Assembly: GCA_016875645.1 (NCBI GenBank) | Contig: VGPE01000002.1 | Coordinates: 1 to 35,521 of the forward strand | From: Chloroflexota bacterium | GTDB lineage: Bacteria > Chloroflexota > Limnocylindria > Limnocylindrales > CSP1-4 | DNA length: 35,521 bases | Reading direction: 5' to 3' | Part shown: positions 9,001 to 15,970 of the stretch, one piece after another | Position numbering within the stretch: position 1 is the stretch's first letter | Layout: each line of letters opens with the position of its first letter | Made by a program: the position numbers and the translations under genes | The notes under the pieces: model-generated | The model's database searches: none | The model's input: the letters and a program-made list of their open reading frames with translations, nothing else | Told to the model about the DNA's origin: nothing

Positions 9001-9722
9001 CCGATGAGTCGCACGATGCCCTCGAAGCCGACGTCGATGATGCCCACCTTGATGCCGGCCCCATCGAACCCGGCCGCTTGCCACGCCGGTGCCCCGTAGA
9101 GGTTGATCGCGGGCGTCACGAACGCACCGTGCAACCGGCGATAGACCGGGCGGATCGCTCGCACCCCGCTGATCGCCGCGGCCGCATCGAGCGATCGGAG
9201 CGGGAGGTAGCCCTCGACCGTCGTCGCTGCTGTGCTGGTCACGGTGGCGCGCTGCCGGCGAAGACCCGTAGCGACGCGGGCTACCGTGCCAGGCAACACG
9301 TCCACCGTGACAGCGACTTCAGGCGTGCCGCCACGATCCCGGCCGATCATGCCGCCGGTGTTTGGCGTGCGGCCGGCCCGAGCCGCGGCCGCGACACGTC
9401 CCAAGCCGCCGCGCAGCACCTCCCTGACGGCCGGCGCCAGGCTCGGCTTGGGGATGTCGTACCTGCCGCCCCCGGCCGGCGGTTCCGAAGCGGCGAGTGG
9501 CGAAGCGACCAGGCCGGAGAGCAGTGCCACGACGGCCGCGAGTGCGGCGGCGCGGCCAAGGATGCGTCCCGGCGGACCGCCCGAGGTGCGGCGTGCGGCG
9601 ATCCGTGGCCACGCCGGTCCCCTGTCCCGCCGTACCGCCATGCCCGCCTCCGCCCTTCGCGCGATGCCGTCCCCGTCAGATTTCGGCACGGCGCGATGAC
9701 GAGACGCGTCTGCTGGACGCAT
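6066..9722 (-). CDS. Secreted S8 (subtilisin-family) serine peptidase with central Ig-like region and C-terminal ~40-aa-repeat beta-propeller (YVTN/NHL-like)
   Basis: Catalytic triad contexts are GIKVGIIDVGF (Asp), DHGTAVAELV (His) and FCGTSASAPQTAGAAALAL (Ser). The signal-like segment is RILGRAAALAAVVALLSGLVASPLAAS. The C-terminal repeats are ...AVWVTN..VSRIDPATN, ATVWVTH..LTRIDTQTN, GAVWVV..ILKIDQQTG, GAVWVTS..VTRIDARAG, GIWVS..IVRIDPATN. Candidate starts are GTG 9776 (no SD), ATG 9722 (GGAGG, 7-nt spacer) and ATG 9641 (GGAGG, 5-nt spacer). Confidence 0.85.
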   Translation of the reverse strand: MRPADASRHRAVPKSDGDGIARRAEAGMAVRRDRGPAWPRIAARRTSGGPPGRILGRAAALAAVVALLSGLVASPLAASEPPAGGGRYDIPKPSLAPAVREVLRGGLGRVAAAARAGRTPNTGGMIGRDRGGTPEVAVTVDVLPGTVARVATGLRRQRATVTSTAATTVEGYLPLRSLDAAAAISGVRAIRPVYRRLHGAFVTPAINLYGAPAWQAAGFDGAGIKVGIIDVGFEGIVRLIGTEIPANVIARCFRAFGMFTTDLADCENGVDHGTAVAELVVDMAPGATLYIADPESPSDYRDTIRWMTSEGVRIVNLSAVSGYIFDGPGDGTAGTPDSTYEEVDLAVDLGALWVNSAGNQGDTGWSGPWIDADGDDTLDWAPGDEGNTIHLEQGQQIRVAMRWPDEWGASANDYDIALFSGDTVMAVGGDFQTGAGDPFEIFDFISPASATYELVVRRYDAEPAERLQVLIYTSGPLALQYSVVDGTLPSPADSANPGMVTVGAVMESAPDVIEPYSSRGPTVDGRLKPDLVAADCMATMTYGLFCGTSASAPQTAGAAALALQADPTMGPTELAVALRGRALPLGDPVPNNTFGSGRLRLGEPSTGTPATTAVGLSASERSVTWPAGVTLTASLAPAIPAGRLVWFQASTNGRDWLPVGSAVSADGETAELSLTPTGTRRYRAVALGTAVASGSVSVVIHQRLAVRPSIAAAPVRQPVKVLQAGTLVVFDSVVRPARSDLPRGRVEYTVHQRIGTAWMLERSVEVTTDSAGEAQFPHHFDVPGEWYVRARAVATPGAAASAWSQTFRYDVQGAAVGLLNRSWGATFRGGSASFSSFSNGTAVLALNASGLGPSRAVSVSIHRESCASNGPRVARLRTVRTTAASILTSTIPLSAAQIAALGRASTAGATLSIVLRAGGITRCAPFVSRPIVVARIATGEEAAGVAVDGAAVWVTNIFEDTVSRIDPATNVVTATIAVPGFPTGIASDGATVWVTHLASGVLTRIDTQTNQVVATSQVGIGPGNIAIGGGAVWVVLEGEDAILKIDQQTGEVVDMIGVAADPYGIVFADGAVWVTSPGEGIVTRIDARAGEIVAQIEVPFVADLGAGEDGIWVSVRPNRAASGAIVRIDPATNSARERVAVGFDPAGIAVVGGSVYVAMAGEPTLAQVRGASVAARVPVTMKSLAVAVGFGSLWLLHPYGTGIAGSGLYDGGVSRLNI

Positions 9723-9835
9723 TGTGGCCCCTCCGGCCCGAAGAAACCGATTCAACTCGCTGCAAGCGGAGGGCACGGGCGGGCCGACGAAATGTCCGTG
9801 CCGCTACGCGCAGATGGCCCGGTCCCGCAGAATCC

Positions 9836-11449
9836 TCAGTTGTGGTCGCCGCGCCGGAGGACGCGCCCGGGTCGCTCGCCCGTCTCGCGCCCGTCGCGGA
9901 CGACGAATCGGCCGTTGACCAGCACGTGGGCAATCCCGTCCGGGTGCGCGCGGGGCGCCGCGTAGTTGGCCCGGTCGCGGATGGCGGCGGGATCGAAGGC
10001 GACAAGGTCAGCCGCTGCGCCCGGCTCGATCGATCCGCGACTGACGAGACCGAGGATCCCGGCCCCTGCCCGTCCCAGCCGTGCCACGCCATCCTCGAGC
10101 GAGAGCGCCCTGAGGTCCCGGACATAGTGGCCCAGGACCCGCGCGGTCGAGCCGAAGAGCCGCGGGTGCGGGTGCTCGGCGATGACCCCATCGGTGCCGA
10201 TGGAGCCGCCGGGCGCACGCAGGATCCGGCCGATCCCGTCGTCGTCGTAGAGCCCGAGGAGGACCATCGGGATCGAGTCCTCCTCGGCCGCGAGCAGATC
10301 CGCCGTGATGTCGAGGGGGTCGAGGTCCCGCTCGGCGGCCACATCGCCGATCGTGCGACCGACGATCCAGCGATTCTCCGGGCGGCCGACGCCGGCGATC
10401 TGGACGGCGTCCCAGCCCGCCAGACCCGCGTAGTTCTCCCAGCCCGGGTGGCCGTGCCCCCTGATCTCGGTCCGGATCCGGTCCCGGACGGCGTCCTCCG
10501 CCAACCGCGAGCGCATGGCGGCCGGGCCGCCCTCCGTCACCCAGGGCGGGAGCACCTGCGCAAGGACGGTGGATGCAGCGGTATATGGGTGCTGGTCGAA
10601 GGTGACTGGCAGGCCGCTCGCGCGGGCCGCCTCAAATCGCTCGAGAGCTCGCGGGATCTTGGACCAGTTGCGCGATCCGAGGCTGCACACGTGGGAGACA
10701 TGGAGGGCGACCTGGGCTTCGCGCGCAATGCCGATCGCCTCGTCGATGGCGTCGAGCCAGGCGTCGCCCTGGCTTCGCAGGTGGACCACCATCAGCCCGT
10801 CGCCCCGCCCGACGACGCTGAAGGCGGCAACGAGCTCGTCCCGCGACGCGAACACCGCGGGCAGGTAGACGAGTCCGACCGACATGCCGAAGGCGCCGGC
10901 CGCCATCGCGTCCGCGACCAGCCCCGTCATCCGACCACGTTCCGCAATCGTGGTCGGGCGGTCCCTGAGCCCGATGACCGCGTTGCGGATCGCGCCGAAC
11001 GTGACGAGGGCGGCCACGTTGGTAGCCGGGCGCGCCGCTTCGATCGCCGCAAGGTGTTCGTCGAAGGTGCACCACGTCCACGGGAGGTCACGATGGCCGG
11101 TCAGGCCCAGCAGCGTCGCGCGCCACTGGCCGTCGCGACCCGCGTCGAAGGGCGCCACCCCCAGGCCGTCCTGTCCGATCACGTCAAGGGTGATTCCCTG
11201 TCGGGTCTTCGCCGTGTTCTCGGGCTCGGCGATCAGGGCGGTGTCGGAGTGGCTGTGCATGTCGACGAATCCCGGCGCCAGGTGCAGCCCCCGAAGGTCG
11301 AGGATCTCGGCCGCGCCGGTCTCGACGGGCAGGCCGCCGGGTGGCGCGACGGCGGCGACTCGGTCACCGTCGAGCAGCACGTCCGCCGGCCGGGCCGGGC
11401 CGCGACCCGCGTGGATGACGCCGCCGAGCAGGATCGTCAGATCGGCCAC
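9836..11449 (-). CDS. N-acyl-D-amino-acid deacylase (D-aminoacylase), amidohydrolase superfamily
   Basis: 537 aa. Matches include GFVDMHSHSD (metal-binding HxH), the D-aminoacylase-type layout and the C-terminal ...ADLVAFDP...NGRFVVRDG. The start codon is GTG. Confidence 0.8.
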   Translation of the reverse strand: MADLTILLGGVIHAGRGPARPADVLLDGDRVAAVAPPGGLPVETGAAEILDLRGLHLAPGFVDMHSHSDTALIAEPENTAKTRQGITLDVIGQDGLGVAPFDAGRDGQWRATLLGLTGHRDLPWTWCTFDEHLAAIEAARPATNVAALVTFGAIRNAVIGLRDRPTTIAERGRMTGLVADAMAAGAFGMSVGLVYLPAVFASRDELVAAFSVVGRGDGLMVVHLRSQGDAWLDAIDEAIGIAREAQVALHVSHVCSLGSRNWSKIPRALERFEAARASGLPVTFDQHPYTAASTVLAQVLPPWVTEGGPAAMRSRLAEDAVRDRIRTEIRGHGHPGWENYAGLAGWDAVQIAGVGRPENRWIVGRTIGDVAAERDLDPLDITADLLAAEEDSIPMVLLGLYDDDGIGRILRAPGGSIGTDGVIAEHPHPRLFGSTARVLGHYVRDLRALSLEDGVARLGRAGAGILGLVSRGSIEPGAAADLVAFDPAAIRDRANYAAPRAHPDGIAHVLVNGRFVVRDGRETGERPGRVLRRGDHN

Positions 11450-11512
11450 TCAACGGAGGCTACGGCACACGCGGGGCTCACACGGCGCCGCCGCGACCGC
11501 GACAATCGCGCC

Positions 11513-12487
11513 ATGACGACGCTGCGAATCGCCACGCTCACGCCCTTCGCCGACCGCCTCCGGCAGAACCTCGCCATCCCGGCCGAGGTCATTGCCGCCC
11601 CGACGGAGGGCGGCGACGAGATGTTCGCGGCCGTCCGCGACGCGGACGTCCTCGTGAGCGGGGTCTTCAAGACCGACTGGACGGCACACGTGCCGAAACT
11701 GCGCCTCATCCACGCCGTCGGCGCCGGCTACGACGGCATCCAGCTGAGCGCGGTCCCGGCCGGTGTCCGGGTTGCGAACGTCTACGGGCACGACTATGGG
11801 ATCGCGGAGTACGTGTTCATGATTATGGCGGCGCTCAACCGGGAGCTGTTCGCTGCCGACCGGGACCTGCGCGAGGGCCGCTGGCGCGGCGGGCCGCTCC
11901 GTGAACTTCGGGGACGGACGCTCCTCATCGTCGGCCTCGGCCATATCGGGCGCGAGGTGGCACGTTGGGCGCACTTCGTGGGGATGCGGGTGTCAGCCGT
12001 GACCGAACATCCCTCCGAGGAGCGGCGCCAGGCGGCGGGCCTTGAGCGGCTCGGGTCCCTGGCGGACCTGGGCGACTTCGCGCGAGATGCTCAATTCCTC
12101 GTCGTGGCCGTGCCCCACGCCGCCGGCACCGCCAACCTCGTCGGCGAGGCGGTTCTTGCGGCCCTCCAGCCCGACGCGTACCTGGTCAATGTCGGCCGCG
12201 GCCCGGTCGTGGACCAGTGGGCCCTGTACCGCGCCCTCAGCGACGGTCGTCTCGCTGGCGCCGCAGTGGACGTCTGGTACCACTACCCCGAATCCGACGA
12301 GGTTGTCGTCCCGGCCGACGCGCCGCTCCATGAACTGCCCAACGTCATCGTCACGCCCCACACCGCGGGCTATACGGAGGGGACGATGCGCCATCGGTGG
12401 GCCGCGATCGCGGAGAACATCCGCCGCCTGACGACGGGCGAACCGCTCGCGAACGTGGTCTGGCCCAGGAGCCAGGGCTCAACCTAG
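11513..12487 (+). CDS. D-isomer-specific 2-hydroxyacid dehydrogenase family, NAD-binding
   Basis: The real gene is the last 324 codons of the 996-aa ORF, starting at ATG 11513 (MTTLRIATL...). Motifs are LLIVGLGHIGREVA (GxGxxG), NVGRGPVVD and VTPHTAG (catalytic His). The upstream part of the ORF is antisense to the D-aminoacylase gene. Confidence 0.85.
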   Translation: MTTLRIATLTPFADRLRQNLAIPAEVIAAPTEGGDEMFAAVRDADVLVSGVFKTDWTAHVPKLRLIHAVGAGYDGIQLSAVPAGVRVANVYGHDYGIAEYVFMIMAALNRELFAADRDLREGRWRGGPLRELRGRTLLIVGLGHIGREVARWAHFVGMRVSAVTEHPSEERRQAAGLERLGSLADLGDFARDAQFLVVAVPHAAGTANLVGEAVLAALQPDAYLVNVGRGPVVDQWALYRALSDGRLAGAAVDVWYHYPESDEVVVPADAPLHELPNVIVTPHTAGYTEGTMRHRWAAIAENIRRLTTGEPLANVVWPRSQGST

Positions 12488-12552
12488 CCTGAGCCGGCGC
12501 CGGCGGCTTCGGGCGCGACGGCACGCGCCCCCGCGATCGTGGGCGAACGGCC

Positions 12553-12987
12553 TCACCACGGCCCGAGGACCGCTGTGCGCGCCACGTCGGCCGCGTCCGA
12601 CCGTGCAAGCAGGTCCTCCCAGCCCACCCGTTGACCGGGATCGGCCCGGTCGCGGACAAAGCGCACGCCCTGGGCCTCGAGCCGCCGCCGGCACTCGCCC
12701 GGACCGGCACCATGCTCGGCCCGCCAACCCGGCGCGATGCGCCCGCCGGCCGCCAGGACCCGTTCAGCGTTCGGGAACGCTTCCTCGGTCGCTGCCGCCC
12801 GGCCCACGTGGCGCGCGTACCGGGCCGTGCCGTGCGCCACGACCGAGATGTCGCCATAGGTAGTCCATTCACCACGCCCGACGAGCGCGGCGATCGCCGC
12901 ATAGCGCGGCCGCGCCTCAGCGGTCGCGGTCAAGTGCGCGCTCGTCCGGATCGGGTGTCGACGCGCCTGCGGTGCGGAACGATCCAT
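12553..12987 (-). CDS. MGMT-family DNA-binding domain protein lacking the acceptor cysteine (ATL/YbaZ-like)
   Basis: From ATG 12987 (144 aa): WTTYGDISVVAHGTARYARHVGRAAA...FPNAERVLAAGGRI aligns by eye to the ..TYG.iA...G.p.aaRaVG.A......iPCHRVv...G.. motif, with PNAER in place of PCHR. Confidence 0.6.
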   Translation of the reverse strand: MDRSAPQARRHPIRTSAHLTATAEARPRYAAIAALVGRGEWTTYGDISVVAHGTARYARHVGRAAATEEAFPNAERVLAAGGRIAPGWRAEHGAGPGECRRRLEAQGVRFVRDRADPGQRVGWEDLLARSDAADVARTAVLGPW

Positions 12988-13175
12988 CTGCGCTCCAATG
13001 AGCCGAGGGTACGCCGCTCCAGGGTGTTCCGCGCTGAGCGCAGCCTGTCTCCTCTCCCCACTCAGATGGCCTCGATGATCACGGACGCCAGACCCCTGGC
13101 CGGCGCGAGCCGGGCCTGAGCGGGCGCGAGCCGGCACCACCGCTGGCCGCCACCCGATACGACGGCCCGGCGAGG

Positions 13176-14366
13176 CTACCCGTCGATCGGCAGGAACTCG
13201 GCGCGCTCGTGCCCCCGGATCGGATGCGCCCGGGCCACGGATTCCACGACCTCCGCGCCGAGGCCCGGTCCGGACGGCACGATGAGCTCGCCGTTCTCGA
13301 TGCGCAGCGGCGGGTCGATGAGGTCCCACTTCCAGGGCACGTCGTCCATGTCGATCTCGAGGATCTCGAAGTTGGGCATGGCCGCCGACAGATGCGCGTT
13401 GACCAGGTTCGACAGCGGGCTCATGAAGTTGTGGGGGCTGATCATCGTGTCGTAATGGGCAGCGAGGTCGCAGATCCGGCGCGCCTCGGACAGCCCGTTC
13501 ATGAGCGTCTCGACCATGACCACGTCGGTCACGTGGCGCTCGAAGAACGGCCGGAACTGTTCCCGCCGCATGAGCGCCTCACCGTGGCAGATCCGGGTTC
13601 GCGTCTGCCGCCGCGCCGCCAGGAGGGCATCGGGGTCCATCCCCTCCGCCTCCAGCCAGTACAGGTTGAACGGCTCCAGCGCGCGCGCCAGCTGGACGAT
13701 GCCGCCCATCCGGTACTCCTGGCCCACGTCGAACAGGATCGCCATGTCGGGGCCGCACCGTTCGCGCAGCGCCCCCACGAAATCCACCGCCGCGTTGATC
13801 CGCCAGGTGTCGATGGCGCCGTTGAGCGTCGGCGGCAGGCCACTCGCGAGGCCCGGAATCAGCAGGTTCGTCTTGAGCGCCCCGAAGCCGGCCTTCTCGA
13901 CGTCGTCGACGAGCCCGATCCAGTCCGGAATCGACCGGGCAGCCGGCACGCCGAGCGACGCCGCGTCCGTCCCGATCGCGCGGTAGGACGCGAAGTGGCT
14001 CCAATAGAGCGGCAGCCGGTCGCGGTTGAGGCCGCCGAGCAACTCGTAGACCGGCACGCCCAGCCACTTGCCCTTGATGTCGTAGAGGGCGATGTCGATG
14101 GCGGCGATGACCTTCATTCGCTCCGGGAAGCCGGCCCTGCCCCAGTCCCAGAGGCGTCGGCTGATGTAGTCGATCCGACGCGGATCCTGGCCGACCAGTT
14201 CCTGACCGATCCACTCGATCGCCTGGCCGAGGGCCGGCGCCGCCTGCGTGTCGTACGCCTCGCTCCAGCCGACGATCCCCTCGTCGGTGAGCACTTTCAC
14301 GAACAGCCAGTCGCGACCGCCGATGCCGCTGTCGACCGGGATGGTCTCGACGCCGGTGATCTTCAT
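13176..14366 (-). CDS. Enolase-superfamily enzyme, mandelate racemase/muconate lactonizing family (D-galactonate dehydratase-like), paralog 1
   Basis: MKITGVETIPV...LFVKVLTDEGIVGWSE (DgoD-like N-terminus). Putative metal ligands lie in FDVGQEY, YWLEAEG and CHGEAL. SPHN is present. Confidence 0.85.
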   Translation of the reverse strand: MKITGVETIPVDSGIGGRDWLFVKVLTDEGIVGWSEAYDTQAAPALGQAIEWIGQELVGQDPRRIDYISRRLWDWGRAGFPERMKVIAAIDIALYDIKGKWLGVPVYELLGGLNRDRLPLYWSHFASYRAIGTDAASLGVPAARSIPDWIGLVDDVEKAGFGALKTNLLIPGLASGLPPTLNGAIDTWRINAAVDFVGALRERCGPDMAILFDVGQEYRMGGIVQLARALEPFNLYWLEAEGMDPDALLAARRQTRTRICHGEALMRREQFRPFFERHVTDVVMVETLMNGLSEARRICDLAAHYDTMISPHNFMSPLSNLVNAHLSAAMPNFEILEIDMDDVPWKWDLIDPPLRIENGELIVPSGPGLGAEVVESVARAHPIRGHERAEFLPIDG

Positions 14367-14607
14367 CGCGCCGTCCCCAGCAGGCCCCGATATCGCTCCC
14401 AGTGCTGGGAACGGGTCGATCGCGCCGAAGTTCCCCCACCCATTACTGCCCGCGATGGTAGACAGCGACCGGCCCCGATTCGGGCCGCCTCAGCCCGCTG
14501 CTCACGCACGAATCCCGCCGCCGACATCGCCCGCGGTCGTCCCGACACCGCCTTGCATCGCGTCCAGTGATATCCGGCAGGAGTCGGACCCACGAGCGGT
14601 CTGCCCC

Positions 14608-15807
14608 TCATCGGACCGCCCCGATCCCGCCCGGCGCGAACCCGCCCAGCTGTTCCGGCCGCAGCGGGTGCGCCCGCACCACGTCCTCGTTGATGTCGCT
14701 CCCCCACCCGGGCCGGTCCGGCACGACGAGCTCCCCATCGACGATCTCGAACGGGTGGGTCAGCAGGTCCATCTTCCAGGGCACGTCGTCCATGTCGATC
14801 TCGAGGATCTCCACGTTGGACAGCGCCGCACACAGCTGGGCGTTGATCATGGTGGTGAGCGGGCTCATCCAGTTGTGGGGCGAGACCATCACGTCGTACA
14901 GCTCGGCCATCTCGGCGATCTTGCGCGTCTCCGAGAACCCGTTGGACAGCGTCTCCAGCATCACCACGTCCGTGACGTGCGCCTGGAAGAACGGCCGGAA
15001 CTGGTCGCGGCGGAACAGCGACTCGCCGTGGCAGAAGCGGGTGGTGGTCTGCTCGCGCGCCGCCAGGAGTGCGCCCGGATCGAGGTTCTCCACCTCCAGC
15101 CAGTACAGGTTGAACGGCTCCATCGCCTTCGCGAGCGCCACGATGCCGCCCATCCGGTAGTTGAACTGCACATCCACGGCGATCCCGATGTCCGGCCCCA
15201 CCACGTCGCGGATGGTCCCGATCCAGGTCACCGCCTCGTCGAGCGTCCGCTTGTCGATCGCCCCGTCCAGGTAGTGCGCCAGCACCGCCGGCTTCCCGGG
15301 CCCGCCCTCCCAGAACAGGTTGGTCTTGAGGACCTTGTAGCCGGCCGCAACGACCTCCCTCGCGCCCTCCGCCCATTCCCGATACGTGTGCTGCGGCTCC
15401 ACGCCCAGGACCTCAGGCCAGACCGCGCGGTACGTGGCGAAGTGGCTCCAGTAGAGGGGGATCCGGTCGCGGAACCTCCCGCCGATCAACTCGTAGACCG
15501 GCACCCCCAGCGCCTTGCCCTTGATGTCCCACAGGGCCAGCTCGATCGCGGCGAGGACCTTGATCCGCTCCGGGGTGCCGGGCCTCGCGAGGTACCACAT
15601 CCGCTCCACGAACGGCTCGATCCGGAACGGGTCGTAGCCGATGCACTCCCGCCCGATGATGCGGATCGCCGTGGCCAGCGACGCGACCGCCGTGAAGTCG
15701 TAGATCTCGGACCAGCCGACGATCCCTTCATCGGTGGTCACCTTCAGGAACCCGAACTGGCGCAGCCCGCCGTCGCACACCAACGGCTCGATGGCGGTGA
15801 TCTTCAC
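14608..15807 (-). CDS. Enolase-superfamily enzyme, mandelate racemase/muconate lactonizing family (D-galactonate dehydratase-like), paralog 2
   Basis: MKITAIEPL...FLKVTTDEGIVGWSE. It is collinear with paralog 1 and roughly half the residues are identical by eye. Motifs VDVQFNY, YWLEVEN, CHGESL and SPHN are present. Confidence 0.85.
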   Translation of the reverse strand: MKITAIEPLVCDGGLRQFGFLKVTTDEGIVGWSEIYDFTAVASLATAIRIIGRECIGYDPFRIEPFVERMWYLARPGTPERIKVLAAIELALWDIKGKALGVPVYELIGGRFRDRIPLYWSHFATYRAVWPEVLGVEPQHTYREWAEGAREVVAAGYKVLKTNLFWEGGPGKPAVLAHYLDGAIDKRTLDEAVTWIGTIRDVVGPDIGIAVDVQFNYRMGGIVALAKAMEPFNLYWLEVENLDPGALLAAREQTTTRFCHGESLFRRDQFRPFFQAHVTDVVMLETLSNGFSETRKIAEMAELYDVMVSPHNWMSPLTTMINAQLCAALSNVEILEIDMDDVPWKMDLLTHPFEIVDGELVVPDRPGWGSDINEDVVRAHPLRPEQLGGFAPGGIGAVR

Positions 15808-15970
15808 CCGGCAGTCCCCTCCCTCGAATGACGCGAGTCTAGCGAGCCGACGTGGGCGGGGCGAACCCCGGACCCCCCGGTCCGGCGCTGCTCGCCGGCA
15901 GCCGTTTCCGCTGGCGAACCTGTCTCCCGCAGGCCCTCACCGCGGCGGGCCGCCGCTGCCGCGGCGCGGG

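Noticed and set aside
9497-11512. First 672 codons of the 996-aa plus-strand ORF 9497..12487
   Set aside because: This part is entirely antisense to the well-supported S8 protease 5' end and the D-aminoacylase gene. Its composition is Arg/Pro/Gly/Asp-rich, as expected for spurious frames in GC-rich DNA. The recognisable 2-hydroxyacid dehydrogenase begins only at ATG 11513.
12488-12552. GCCGGCGCCGGC palindrome between the convergent 2-hydroxyacid dehydrogenase and MGMT-like genes as a bidirectional terminator
   Set aside because: The perfect palindrome leaves no loop, the stem is short, and no U/A tracts flank it. This is not enough to call a terminator.
13102-13134. 12-nt direct repeat GGCGCGAGCCGG occurring twice, 21 nt apart, upstream of the MGMT-like gene
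   Set aside because: It is short and GC-rich, so it could easily arise by chance at this base composition. There is no palindromic operator structure and no additional copies in the window.
14367-14607. 241-nt spacer between the two enolase paralogs as a riboswitch, sRNA or small gene
   Set aside because: Only a weak 5-6-bp hairpin (TCCCAG..CTGGGA) was seen, with no recognisable riboswitch core. The only ORFs there are Arg-rich shadow frames. It is left as unexplained spacer rather than a feature.
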